Position numbers and translations under genes: made by a program. DNA of 64,000 nucleotides from Macrostomum hystrix (taxonomy: Eukaryota; Animalia; Platyhelminthes). Positions 50,225 through 63,400 of the stretch are shown piece after piece. The stretch is from positions 6,944,001 to 7,008,000 of the forward strand of contig CATNEN010000024.1 of assembly GCA_950097015.1 (NCBI GenBank), read 5' to 3'. The notes beneath the pieces are model-generated. The model made no database searches and was not told where the DNA came from. It was given only the letters and a program-made list of their open reading frames with translations. Each line of letters begins with the position of its first letter. Positions within the stretch are counted from its first letter, which is position 1.

Positions 50225-51432
50225 GCAGTCTGTTGAGGGACTCTTGGGCATGGTCCTCATGGGGTGCTTACTAGTGAAATCCAACGATGATCATAAATCT
50301 GATCAAAAACAGAGGCGTCTACAAATTGCATTAACCAAACCTGCGGGAGTTGCCTTTGATCCTTTGCTACCGCTGCTGCCGTTGCTGCCTCCCCCAGCTC
50401 CGCCAGGGCCGCAGATGCCACCGCCAGCGCCGCCGCTGTGAGAAAAAGCAACTGGTAGATCGACGAATCGCTGATCGATGCTGCTGCCCAGCTCGTTGTT
50501 GAATCCGCCGGCAATGGTGGTGCCGAAGCCGTTGCCGATGCCGAGCTCGCCAGCCCGTCTCTGCTGCAGGCAGGCGCCCCTGATTGTTTGAGCAGGTGGG
50601 AAAGACGCTTTTTTCGCAATTATTTTCTTTTCAGTAAAAAGAGCACGCTATTTTTCCACCGGAGAACGACCGTTTCAACTACACAATGCCTACTACACGA
50701 TAGTTCCTAAACTAAATGACCGATTTTCTTAAACGTTAACCCTTTAGACCAAAATTTTCCACTTACGATTTACGATTATCGTAAGTTACAATTAACTAAC
50801 TACCTTCCAGAATGACAAAACATCAGCATCGTCGAAATATTCAGCAATTCTTGTCGAAGGCCCCGGTGACAAGGACAACAAGCCCTGCACACCGTTGCAG
50901 TCTGTACAGCGCCGACTGCAGAGGCGGACCTGTATGATGAAGCAGCTCTGCTGGACGTCCGCGCACAATGCCGACTGCACTCGGTGCAATTTCTAACGAC
51001 TGCAAGGAACCCGGATTATCCATGTCACGATCTGACTCGGCAACCTCCCCCGCGGCGCCTGCTGAAGTTGACGGTTTTCAGCAGACGTCACCACGACCGC
51101 CTCTGGGGCGAGGCTGGTGATCTGCTGATTCTGCTCGAGGCAGCCTCGATTCAGCAGGAGCTGCATGCTAACCATGCCCGGGTGGTCGCGCAAGTGCTGG
51201 AAGCGCGGCCCCGAACAGAGTGATCGGCGACCGTCCGAAAATCAAAAGCGAAGAATTTCGGCCGTCACGCGAGGCACGCTGCCGCCTCGCTCAGCTCCGC
51301 TAAGGATTCTGTCCGTTACTGACAGACTTTTAGCACCGCCTGAATCCCCAGGTTGAAGACCGCTGCGGTGACTGCGGGCAGTTGGGCCACAGCACGCGGC
51401 ATCTCTTCGTTTGCCCGGCCAGACCGACAACC

Positions 51433-54400
51433 CTAACGGCCTTTGTCTCTGGGAGCTGGGAGCGGCCGGTCGGCGTGGCCCGGCGTCAAGCTAACCTCTG
51501 CATCTCTGCTAACGCTGTTCCTAAGGGTACCACGGAGTATTTTAAATGCCCCGTGGTCCTTCTACTTTTAAAATAATATTGTCAGTATAGTAGTACACTC
51601 TAATTAACCCTTTGTGAGATCTAGGCAGTTTAACGCAGTAAAACCTACCTGTGCAGGCTCAGCAGTGTAAGCCTCTCGCACAGCTCCAGCCTCGCAGCGA
51701 TGCGTCTGCCGTCGTGTGTCATGAAAAACTCGCTCACCGGCGCGTGCGTACTCAAGGACGTCACCTTGGTGAAGTCCGTGAGGCTCCACACGAAGAACGT
51801 TCCGTCCATGCCGCTGCTGATTGAGTGCTGATCATCGGCCGTCAGCCGCAGCCCGGTGACCAGGGCGTCGTGAGCCTGACAGTTCGCCAGCTGACACCCG
51901 GACACGTAGTTCCACAGCACCAGGCGGCCGTCTTGGCCACCGGACACAACGCGCCGCAGGCTGGCTGTCATGCGGACTTGACTCACCATGTCGGAGTGAC
52001 CGTCCACTAGCACCTAAAAATGCATTTGAAACCATTTCGGCTCTTAGCGCTAAGCTGTTTTGCTGATTGCTTCAATAAATTGCTGATTGTTCCACTCAGA
52101 TTCATGAATGTAAGCTATTCAACTCGACTGTATAGTTCGCTCCGCCCCTATTCCACTGATTTCTCATCTGTGATTGGCTGGCTTACTTCCATCACAGGCA
52201 TAGGCCCAACCGAACCCACCCTCCTCCTCTGTCTGATTGGCTAGCGTTCGACGTGCACCACACTCTCTTACCCAAGTTCCTTAGTTTAATTTCATTGGTA
52301 AGTCATATACTCAACTCACTTGGGTCAGGGAGCCGTCAGCAGCGCGCCACACCTTCAAGGAAGAATCCTGGCCACCGGTGATCACGAAGCTGCCATCGGG
52401 ACTGAAGGCCAGACAGCCGATGCCCTCCTGGCCGTGGCTCAGCGTGTTCAACAGGCGTCCGTCGGCGGCGTCCCAGAGGTAGGCCAGCCGGTCATCGCCG
52501 CTCAGGACCAACCGGCTGGAGGGAAAGCACTTCAATAGGCTGGTGTTGCACCTGCAGGGCACAGGAGAGTGAACCGGGTCATTGATTCCTTGATAGTAGA
52601 AAGACCACGGGGTATATCGAGATACTCAACGATTCTCGTCGGGGTGTTAGTTGACAAAAATATGGGCATAAAGTTTCTGCTGAAAAAGTTGCATCATGGA
52701 ACTATGTCGACTCCACAAACTGTCATTTTTTCTTTTTTCTTTTTTTTCTTGAAAGTACCCTATCGGCATCTTAAATACCGCTGCTTTTGTTGAAGATCCC
52801 GATGGTCGCCGCCGATGCTCTCGAGACGGCGATGAAGGGGACTTTGGCGCCTGAGATGATGAGAAAAAAGGTCCCTATTATAAGGATCCATCTATAAGTG
52901 CTTGGAATCTGCACTTTAGAATGTATTTCAAAAGCTATCCAACAAAGAACAGTACAATTTGACACAATGTCTATAAGCGGGATTTTGTTAATGTTGACCG
53001 ACCAACTTCGGCAATCTGATGCCTAAATGATCTGTTGAGCAAACAGAAGCTTCGTGCCTGAAGTCAAGGCTATCAGTGCAACATCTGGATAATGGAAAAA
53101 TTAATATTGACGTGCTCCTGTCTTATGTCCGAGCGAAATAATCCCTTTATCATAAAGCGGATTTCCTTTGTCGTCTCACTCACTCTTTCAATCACCGTGC
53201 AACTGCGCTAAGCTATAGAAACTAAGCACAAGAATATAAATTCCAATCTTGGGGAGTCCATGGCGTTTCGCAAAGATGTCTTATCCGGCTGTACTTTTTG
53301 CAACTAGGCAGTTAAACCTGTGGCACAGAAGTCTTTGCAAAGTAAATAAAGAGAGCGGGGTTCAGTGGAGGAGCGGTTAACGCGTTTGCCTCTCGCACCA
53401 AGGTCTTTGAGCTCGATTCCGCGGCGAGGCCACATTCATTTGAGGAGCAGCCGCGGAGAGAAGGCTTTGGGTTTCTCATGCAATTTACGCCCTTGAGGGC
53501 CAACCTCCAATGTACAGTGAGAGTGTACACTGCCTGACTATGAGAAAGTTAGGGCAGATGTACACACCAGTGTGAGTGTGTGCCTGCGTACAGTATATGT
53601 GTGCGTGTGTGCTCAGGAGTCAGCGAAATGGGCATAATTACTTCGCTGGCTGCAGGTCTAGTGTCACCGAATGATGTGCCTATGCCCGAGCCCTCAAGCA
53701 ATTAAAATTGTTATTATTATTATTTTTTTTTTATTTATTTATTATTATTACAGAGAGCTTTAAAGAGTTGGTCATTGACGGGTTACAAAAAATGTCTGTA
53801 TGCCACTTTCAATTCAAGTTTGCTCACTTAATAATAAGCAGAATTTCTGCAGACTCCAGCTTATGCTTTGATTTTTCATCCTTGGAAGCCGCAGCAGCAG
53901 CAGCTCTAGTCGATCTCAAAGACCAAATCCTGACCTCATCGCCTGAGTCGGCGGTGAGCACGGAGGCGTCATTCGAAGCTCCGGTTCCAGCGCTGCCGCC
54001 GTTCTTAATAAAGTAGGCAGCCCGCACAGGTCTGCGGTGGCCCGCCAGCTGCATTGCAGGTCGCAGCGCCTCACCGGCCAGCCGCCACAGCCAGCAGGCA
54101 TTGTCTGTGCCAGCCGATAGCAGCCAGCGGGCGTCGCCACCGAGCCGAACGCAGGAGATGCTGGCCGGATGCGCCCGCACCGACTCGAGGAGAGCGGCGC
54201 TCTCCAGCTGCCAGAGCTGCAGGAGGCCGTCAACGCTGCCGGTGACCGCTAGCTGACCATTGTGGCTGAGGTGACAGCAGGTGATGGGTGAGTCTGGACA
54301 CTCCGGACTGGAGGGCGGCTCGGATGATGAAGACGCGGCCGCGGCGGCAGCCTCAGCGACGCGCTGATCAATCTCCAGGTTCCAGTAGCGCACGGAATGC

Positions 54401-57400
54401 TTTTTGAAAAAAAGATTATTTTTTAACATGAAGTTTCGCCTGATTATTATTATATTAACATTTGAAGATTTGTAGGTACTGGCACATTATTTTGTAACCT
54501 GAGCACACTAGCATACAGATACAGTAAGCAAGCACACAATCACAAGTGTGTTCATTTGTCTTTTAAGGGCGTAGATTGCACAAACATACCCCAAAACTTT
54601 CTCTCTGCGGCTGCACCCCAAATGAATTTAGCCTGACTGCGGAATCGAGCTCAGGGACCTTGGTGCGAGAGGCAAACGCGTTAACCGCTCTGCCACTCAC
54701 CTTCTAGTAATTTCGAATTATAATATATACGCACATACTACTGACGCTGGCGATCCTATTAGGCCAACTTATTTAGCGTTACAAAGCATCCTACTCACCT
54801 TCTGTCCAACAATGATATAGTTGCCGTCGGGCGTGGCCTTGACGGATAGCACTGGTCCGCTGTGTTCGCCAGGAAAGTGGCACTGAGTCTCCTTAGTAAA
54901 GATATTCACAACCAGGGTTTGCCCATCCGCGCAGCCCAACACGGTGTGCTTGGAGTCCGTTGTGACTGTCATCGCGGTGACCTTGTCACTGACGCTGTCC
55001 ATCTCGTGGATGTGAGCTCCTGTGGCGATTGATTTGACTAGGACGCGCCCGTCCGCGCAGGCCACTAGCAGGAAGGTGGATTCGGCGCTGAGGCAGACGC
55101 AGCTCACTGGGCTGATCAAATCGTCGAACGTCATCATGAGGCTCATGTCGCTGAAGTACCAGACTTTCACTTTGAAGTCGTCGGCGCCACTGATGAGAAG
55201 CGAGCAGCTGGAGTTGAGTGTGGCCGCTCGGACCCGACCAGTGTGACAGGTGGAGTTGAATTCCACAGAGAGGCCAGCGACCCGAATCTTGGCGAGGCTG
55301 CCATCAGCTGAACCGGAGACCAGGTAGCGACCGCAGCGGCTCAGATGCAGTGTCAGCACAGGCTTTGGGTGCAGTCTGAGAGTGTATGAGAATTAGAATC
55401 AGTGCGAATCGGTTGCAAAGCTGGATTTATTGGTCTTTAAAAGACGCTCGAAGATCATAGGTCATGAGGATGGTGTGCTCCTGTGGATGGTGTGCTCCTG
55501 TGGATGGTGTGCTCCTGTGGATGGTGTGCTCCTGTGGATGGTGTGCTCCTGTGGATGGTGTGCTCCTGAGGATGGTGTGCTCCTGTGGATGGTGTGCTCC
55601 TGTGGATGGTGTGCTCCTGTGGATGGTGTGCTCCTGTGGATGGTGTGCTCCTGTGGATGGTGTGCTCCTGTGGATGGTGTGCTCCTGTGGATGGTGTGCT
55701 CCTAATAATAGTGGTCTCATGAGGATGGTGTGCTCCTAATATAGTGGTCTCATTAGGATGGTGTGCTTCTAATAATAGTGGTCTCATGAGGATGGTGTGC
55801 TGCTGAAAAAAAATTAATGAGACTAAATCGCGATCTTGGTTGATCAACCAGAAAGTTTTTAAGTCTCACTTGATCAGTTGAGTCTCCTCAGTTCCATGGG
55901 TGTCGAATACAAGAACTTCGCCGTTCATATTTCCAACCGTCAGCAGATGGTTGTTCGGCGTGATGTCCAGACAAGTGACTGGCGTTGTGTTGTCTGTCCG
56001 AGTACATAATTATAGTGAGTACACGCACAGTGAGGAATCAATTTCCGCCAGTCTGAATGCCTGCTTCAACTTTACGAGCTATGCTGATCCCTCGATAATA
56101 AATTATGGCCACGGGAACCGAGAAAGGAAAAAATGATAGCAGCCGCATCAGGTGGGCGATGGCGTGCCCGTCGGATTAATTCGCTACTCGCGGGTCCGGA
56201 AAGAAAAAGTCGGGTAACTACGCTAGGCGGAGGGTGAGGCAATCGGTACGGTTGATTAGGTCCGAGAAGACTCCGATCTACGAGCTCCTGAAGGCAGGCC
56301 TTATTTGAGTTAAAAGTCCCTAAAAGCTTTGTCGCGTATGGGTTAGCGTGCGAGACATGTCTTTCTAAAAAAGCCCCAAACTTATCTAGCAAAAGAAAAT
56401 AATTCACCTAAAACTCATGCGATTCATGCACTTTCAAGTATTTTACCGAAGCATAAATAGATTTAGAGGTCATGTTTAAGCAATATCGTCACCAAAACAT
56501 CCCCCACAATGCTTTCTACTCCAGAGTCCTCACGATAGAGAGTGCAACATCACCAACAAACATCCCCCACAATGCTTTCTATTCCAGATTCCTCACGATA
56601 GAGAGTGCAGCATCACCAACAAACATACCCCACAATGCTTTCTATTCCAGAGTCCTCACGATAGAGAGTGCAGCATCACCAACAAACATCCCCCACAATG
56701 CTTTCTATTCCAGATTCCTCACGATAGAGAGTGCAGCATCACCAACAAACATCCCCCACAATGCTTTCTATTCCAGAGTCCTCACGATAGAGAGTGCAAC
56801 ATCACCAACAAACATCCCCCACAATGCTTTCTATTCCAGATTCCTCACGATAGAGAGTGCAGCATCACCAACAAACATCCCCCACAATGCTTTCTATTCC
56901 AGAGTCCTCACGATAGAACGATCGCACAAGCCGGCCAGACGCAGCGTGGAACATGCCGACGCTGTTCAGCTCGCCGATGACAAAGAAGTACTGGGCATCG
57001 TGTGTGCTGACCAGCTGGCCCTGAATCTCGTTGCTGTCAACTGTTAGACGCAGTCTGAGCTGCGGAACCGGCAGCCAGAAGCTGAGCGGTACAAGCAGCG
57101 GATAGGACACCAAGTCGCACCAGGCCATGCACTGCTGCACTAGCGACTGGAAGTAGGGCAGGCCCTCTATAGAGCGAAACGGTTTTGTAGGCCAGAATCG
57201 ATTAATAGCTAAAACCCTGCAGTAGGACGTGAAAACGTCCGAGAATGGTCCCAAACCATATAAATTTGTGGCACTGTCGCAATACAGGCTTGGGGCTTGT
57301 CGTGTAATTTACGCCCTTTAGGGCCAACTTCCAAGGCACAGTGAAACTGCACACTGCCAGTCAATGAGAAAGTCAGTGCAGATGTTGCACTCCTGTTTGA

Positions 57401-60400
57401 GTGCCTGCGTACAGTATCAGTGTGTGTGTGCTCAGGGGTCAGCGGAATGGGCAGAATTGCCTCCTCGCTGGCTGTGGGTCTAGTGTCTACAGGGCAACAG
57501 CCCTGCTGCGATTGTTATTAATCTTACTAATGTGGCAGTTCTTGCCCAGGAGTTTCTTTCATATGACAAGAACGATCTTCAACACCAAGTGGCTTGCGGG
57601 GAAATTTAACTCGTAAAAAAGTTAAAAAAATATAAAAGTTCGAAAGCATCATTCTTTAGTTCGGATTGGTACGAAGGAAGTGCTTTACATATATCACACG
57701 AAGGCCCATCTCCTACCTTGTTCTATTTCTTTTGTGAAATATAGGTCGCATTTTGAATGAAGCACTAGCATGGCTTTCAACATCGCCCCAATGAGAAAGG
57801 CTTCGCTGACCCTAAGCAATCGGGTTATTTGCACTTACTGCAACGACCTCGGAAGCGAGCAATCAGCTCGCAAGCCAGATGCAGCGGATCCTGCTTGAGC
57901 ACGTGTTGCCCGATTTTCAGGCACTCTTCCAGTAGTTGGATCTCGTGATCTACGTAAAATGTCATGGCTTCTTCTAATCGAAAGCTCAGGTGGACAGGCG
58001 AATAGGTGAGCAGGGTCAGCAGCAGGTGGTCAAAGTTGAACAGAACTCGCTCCTTGAATGCGTTCAGCTCGCCTGTGCAATTGTGTTTCGAAGAAAGGTA
58101 AAACTTTGCGACTTTTTGGCCATTTAAAATAAAACTTTGAGTTAAGTTTAATGCTAATAGGGGGTGAGTGGCAGTGACGCGTTTGCCTCTCGCACAAAGG
58201 TCCTTGAGCTCGATTCCCCGACAAGGCCGACCCCGACATTTATTTGGGGAGCAGCCATGCAATTTACGCCCCTGAGGTCCAACCTCCAATGCACAGTGAG
58301 AGTGTTCACTGCATGACTATGAGAAAGTCAGGGCAGATGTACACACCTGTGTGAGTGTATGCCTGCGTACAGTATCTGTGTGCGTGTGTGCTCAGGAGTC
58401 AGCGAAATGGGCAGAATTGCCTCCTCGCTGGCTGCGGGTCTAGTGTCTATCTATCTATTTGCAGGGGGCCCGGGGCACTTGTCGCACAAGCGACGGAGCG
58501 GCACGCCCCCAGACCGGCGAACTAGGCGGTTAGCGCCCATCGCGCCGCCTCCCCTGAGCAGGCACCACACACAGCAGCACAGACCAGCCGGGGAGGGCAG
58601 GAGGCACCCAGAATAGGCAGCAGTGTCCCCCACCCCAGCCCCACACGCACAGAGCATATCAAGCCGGGGCGGAAGGCTGATAAGAAATCAGTCCTGAGGG
58701 GGGGCCGGGTGATGAGTGTACACTTATCCAATCGCGCTGACGGAAGTCCAGATAGCGTGCGGCGTTGTACACCCGCCCCAAGCCACCCCCCGCAAGGCCT
58801 CACGCCCCAGCGCCAACGCACACAACTCACACAACGCAGAACAGGCACACAGAAGGTAGGAGCAAAGCTATTATTTCAAGCTTTGATTGCACGAAATATG
58901 GTGCACCTCCGCCGATCGCTACTGTCCTAACGCTCCAACAGGTCCCGAAATTAATCGTGCCTTGAAGGGAGAATCGAACTAGCGTCTATTGGAGTGCGAG
59001 GCAGCGACGCTAGCCGCTGACCCACTCGCCCCTCGGGTCTAGTGTCACCAAATGATGTGCCATTGCCCGCAGCCCTCCTGCGGTTATTATTACTCGTATT
59101 ATTATTATTAATAGATACGTGTAGGCGACGCGCCTCAAATGCAGGAAATTTCACTAGCGCACGGCATGTCCCGCATCCGTTGCCGGGTTTTTATTATCAA
59201 AAACAGCGTGGAAGGGAAGATGATATCGAATTAAGCCGATTCGCAAGCTGCCCATTGCCACCAACTCATCTTGGCTGATGCATGTATGAAGTATAATATG
59301 TACTCATTCCCTGCTCAACGAACTGAACTTTCGCAGTACTCGATGCGTGTATAGCAAAGTGCTGACAGGGCAGCAGGCCATCCCTTCCCCATCACATGAT
59401 TCCCACTGAGAATTTGCTCACAGGTGAAGCAAAGTCCCCCCCTGCAGAGGCAAGCGAAGATTCCCTACCTTTTCAAGCCTATTCTACGATTTCCTTATGA
59501 AATTAGCGGACTTTATCCATCTTGTGAGCAGGATTCCTAGCCGTATATTAATTAAATAGATTGGCCTCCTTCAGTATCTATGGATTGGGCGCTGAGCTCT
59601 GACCACGTGCCGCATTCACCTACCTCTGCAATCGCAGGTGTTTTTAGATCGTCCTTATGCAATCATCTTTTACTGTTTGTTGCTGCTTTTACCTCAAAGG
59701 AGCGCTATACTGTAAGAGGCTTTTCGGAAATCCTCCTGGCAGATTGTTTGTTTGATAATTGTTTTCAGTTTAATTTAAGACTCACCGCATCTTAGCAGGC
59801 AGTGCCACAGCATGTTAAGCCGCCTATAGTTGTAGACACCGTCACCGAACACCAAGGGCTGCGGCGTGAGCAGCAGTTTGGTGTGCTCAAATTTCGGCGG
59901 TATCGCTTTGCCGTCGCGCCAGCGCTCCAAGAAGAGGTCGCAGAGGCTCTGCTGCAGCTGAATTGCTGTTTGGTCAGAGCAGTATCTCTCGGACAGTACA
60001 GAGCACATCCACGCGCCGCCACTGAGGCTCAGGACCCACCGGTTGAAGCGGAACCGCGGCAGAAGGAAATATTCTGGCAGTTGTATTGAGGCATTGTTTA
60101 GTGTTTGTTCATTTTGAGAGAGGACTTTGGATAAGCTGTTTCTTACCTGGGAGTTTGTTCTTGGGTCTGGGAGCTTATTTTTAGTTGAGGAGACTGCTAC
60201 TTTGACCGTGAGTTTGTTTATTGGCAGATTTGGGAGTATGTTTACTGAATTGGGGATTGGTTGATTGATCTGGGAGTTAGTTGATTGATCTGGGAGTTAG
60301 TTGATTGATCCGGGAGTTAGTTGATTGATCTGGGAGTTAGTTGATTTATCTGGGAGTTAGTTGATTGATCTGGGAGTTAGTTGATTGATCTGGGAGTTAG

Positions 60401-63400
60401 TTGATTGATCTGGGAGTTAGTTGATTGATCTGGGAGTTAGTTGATTGATTTGGCAATTAGTTGATTGATCTGGGAGTTAGTTGATTGATCTGGGAGTTAG
60501 TTGATTGATCTGGGAGTTAGTTGATTGATCTGGGAGTGGGTTGATTGATCTGGGAGTTAGTTGATTGATCTGGGAGTGGGTTGATTGATCTGGGAGTTAG
60601 TTGATTGATCTGGGAGTGGGTTGATTGATCTGGGAGTTCGAAACATCATGGGCTGCTGTGTGAGCAGCAGAAGCGATCGAGCTACTTGAAGATCGTCGAA
60701 ATTTCTCGGCTCAATTTTAGAGCTTTTATTCAACGTAAAGTAACAATGCTCGCTCTAAGAAGATGCAAAATATTTTCTGCAACAAAGTGGCATTAAATTT
60801 TTAGGGAAATTTTTGACTCTGGCGAGCTTCTAAATTTAGTAGCTAGCTGCGCACACTGCTAGGGCTTTTATCTCTTTTATCTCCGCTAATACTGCAGAAA
60901 CCGCCTAAGTAACTATAAGGCCCACTCAAGCCCTTCCTCAGCTAATTATAACCCCTATCCGACAATTGACAGATCGCTTATAGGGAGCTCGCCTAAGCTT
61001 GCGGGGGTGGGAATGATTCAGGTTCGCGTTCGGCCCCCCTAAAAACGGGCGAATTCTGTGTGAGGATCAAATAACAAGGCAAAAATGGAGGAAGACTAGA
61101 AAATCCCGAACGCGCCGGAGATGCCGGAGATGCTGACTGATAGAATGGGATTAGATTTCTGAACAGGTCTGAGCAGTGCTCAGTGCAAATCAGTGTCTCT
61201 CTGGGCGTCTCTCTCTAATGAAAAGAAAAGACTGCTACTGATATCAGTAAAAAAATCAAATTTCTTTAAATAGGCTTCCTAGAGTCTCGTTTTGGTGAGT
61301 GTGTTGTAAAAACTGACGTCGCTTATTTGTGACTTGCGTGACATTCGCTGTCAATTCTGCATGGACTTTAGTAGCTGGGTACAGAGACTAACAAGGTGTA
61401 ATAGCAGGGCGCGAGACTCGTGGACGATTTGTGGATACGGCTTATGGGCCAATGGGCCAATCGTAAACAAATAATTCATAGAGAAGACAGCAATGTCAGC
61501 TTTTAATAAGATAAGAAAACAATTTGCCAGTTGTTTCGTTGTTCTATCATAGTTACGTCTAGTTACGAGCAATTAAATTAGCTCAGTTACGAAGGGGTCG
61601 TAGCCTACTAGTTGGAGCTTCGGACTCAAAACAATGTGAGTCATTTAGCAATCCACTTAATTCTACGTGGCTTCAGTCCACCCAGCTTTGACAATGGCCA
61701 CCAGCATGAGTGCTTTTTACAGTAAAAAGACAACGCTATTTTTCCCTCGGGAGAAAGACCACAAGGGTATTGTTGCGATTGTTGTCCTGCATGTTAAACC
61801 CTGCGTGTACGTTAACTATCTCTGTCTCTCTCACCTGCCCCAGCGCACGCTTTAATATCGATCGCTCTTACCCCCTCCATTTTGAGCCCCTTGCTGTCCT
61901 TTCGCCTCCATATCTTATCTAGTTCATGCCGGCTCGCTCGCTTGACCGCCAAACAATCAATAAAATAAACTGATAATGGACTTGTCGTCTCTCTTCGCAA
62001 ATTAGAACATTTTTCTCTACAGGTATTTCAATTACCCACTGCCTACTTCACGATAGCTCCCAAACCGAATGACCGAATTTCGTGAGAATCCGCCATTTAT
62101 CAGCCGCCTTTTACAATGAGAAAACTTTCAAAGCCATCCGACGTCAGCATCTTCAAGATATTCAACTATTTTTTCGGAGACCCTGGTGACAAGGACAACT
62201 AACATTGCACTGTATGAACCTCCTAGGCGATATTCTTGGTTCCGAAAGAAATTATATATATATTCCATTCAATATTGACGAGAGTCGTTGAATATCTCTG
62301 ATTCTGGAAGTTGTTTCATCGGATGGAGCGTAAAATTTTGACCCGTTTCTGGATTTGCATGGCGATTGGTTGAATATTTTAGGTGATGCATGAAAAGAAA
62401 AGTGTGGGTTTTTAAATGCCCCACTGAAAATGACGTACGGAGATGCATTTAAGAGTCTCATAAAATGCTTCACATACATACTTAAATTGTACCACTGCAG
62501 CTCTGTCCCGTTGCACACTAAGGCAGCATTTCATTGAAAGCAAGCTGCATGACATTTTGCCATCTTCTGAATGCATATATCGCTTAAAATTGGACCTCAA
62601 CTACTTATCTACGAGTTGGGCTCCCCGCACTGACCCAGGTCGGCCTTGAGACAAAGCCATGCAGTTGCCGAGAACCTATAGAATCCAGCCGCAGTGCCGT
62701 CCAGATCGCTGCGCCGACTCTCAGACGCTGGTGGCATCAGTCGGTCGTCCGAGGTGAGCAGGTCCAGCAGCTCTGTCTCAGTCAGGCCCCATTCAGAGGC
62801 CAGCAGGAGGCCCAGCACAATGGAAACCAGCTGACGGCCGTGCCGCAGCTCCAGGCCGTCCATGCAGAGCAGGAGGGCGGAGCGCAGGTCGCTAGGCGGT
62901 GCCGCAGCTCCGGCGCCCGCCACCACGCTGGTCATCAGGTGGCCGCATCTAGCCAGCAGGCGGGCCCGCTCGGCCGCCTCTGTCGGGCTGGGCAGACTCG
63001 ATGAAGCTGATTGCCTTGTGCCGGGCACGGAGGCACTGGCACCGGCGTCTGTGACAGCGGCGTCTCCCGCCTGCTCCCACCCGGTGATGCGCAGGCGGCT
63101 GTCGGTGCGCTGGGCGAAGACGTCGATGAAGGGCAGGCAGCGGCACTCCGGCTTGACCGTCACCAGCATGTGCACGTGCGGCGGCAGCCTCTCCAGCAGC
63201 CAGTGAAAGCGGGCCGCCACGGAGCCCCTGGAGCGGAGCATGACGCAGTCGAGATCGTCGACCAGCACAAGGCACTGGCGTCTGGCCCTGCCGCCCCGCG
63301 TTGGCAGGCGCGTCAGCTCGGCCAGCAGCGAGCGCAGAAGCGAGGCCAGGCTGTCCAGCGACATCGCTCGAGGCGGCGCCGGCTGTCGCTTCCGCGATCC

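Noticed and set aside
56072-56407. 111-aa minus ORF as an NWD exon
   Set aside because: No WD signature and no clear in-phase donor; the exon at 55993 already continues the frame
59160-59580. Possible structured ncRNA or ribozyme
   Set aside because: No hammerhead core, snoRNA box pair or rRNA match recognisable by eye
60648-60689. MGCCVSSRSDRAT* myristoylation-like micro-ORF
   Set aside because: 13 codons, no donor site, antisense in an intron; likely chance
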